This document shows, one piece after another, positions 31,844-32,000 of a DNA stretch of 32,000 nucleotides (position 1 is its first letter; every line of letters starts with the position of its first letter). The stretch spans positions 1,560,001-1,592,000 of the forward strand of contig CP006868.1 of the NCBI GenBank assembly GCA_025340205.1, read 5' to 3'. Position numbers and translations under genes: made by a program. The stretch is from Ignicoccus pacificus DSM 13166 (GTDB taxonomy: Archaea; Thermoproteota; Thermoprotei_A; Sulfolobales; Ignicoccaceae). Under the pieces are notes generated by a model. That model saw only the letters and a list, made by a program, of their open reading frames with translations, was not told where the DNA came from and did not search any database.

Positions 31844-32000
31844 CACACGATACTACTCTAACGTTTCCTTTCATAAGATAATAACCAAACGTGATTACTT
31901 ATGCTTCTAAATTGATGAGCATCCAAGGATGAATACAAAAACACGCGTTAAAACCAGCTTCAACCCTTCACCACACCTATGGGTCTCATCTTAGCGACGA

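Noticed and set aside
31960-32000. A possible 3' end of a minus-strand gene entering from the right edge (...VAKMRPIGVVKG*, stop at 31960-31962).
   Set aside because: Only 13 codons are visible, which is too short to support a call.
1-32000. A search by eye for CRISPR arrays, IS elements/transposases, integrases, rRNA genes and tRNA introns.
   Set aside because: I saw no regularly spaced repeats and no transposase- or integrase-like translations in any listed ORF. There are no long structured GC-rich non-coding stretches, and both tRNAs fold without introns.

Overview
This is an archaeal chromosomal segment. The markers are ribosomal proteins L34e and P1/L12, archaeal-type adenylate kinase, SecY, Taw1/TYW1, RNase P Pop5, Cdc48/VCP, a Nog1-like GTPase, TATA-box promoters about 25-35 nt upstream of starts, and oligo-T terminators. 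Protein style and roughly 50% GC suggest a hyperthermophilic crenarchaeon, but I cannot verify the taxon. I support about 40 protein genes and two tRNAs, Phe-GAA and Leu-UAA. There is no rRNA, CRISPR array, transposase or integrase. Housekeeping blocks are secY-adk-L34e, P1/Nog1, cobA-hemD, cdc48 and argH. Accessory modules sit between them: a metal-type ABC uptake operon (1-3357), a Tat-exported split-Soret-like dihaem cytochrome c with a cytochrome b partner (5662-7699), and two tandem LivJ-type binding-protein paralogs. The main candidate is a tightly packed co-directional seven-gene run (15118-19872). Its 3' half encodes a beta-grasp (ubiquitin-like) domain fused to an E2/UBC-like domain, a minimal JAMM/MPN+ peptidase with an exact HxHx7SxxD motif, an unknown 140-aa protein, and a ThiF/E1-like adenylating enzyme. 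Together these make an E1/E2/JAB ubiquitin-like conjugation cassette. It is preceded by a PP-loop (PAPS-reductase family) enzyme with an unknown N-terminal domain, a 3-TM protein and a wHTH protein. All functional calls come from motif and pattern recognition by eye on the translations. No database search or structure prediction was run.
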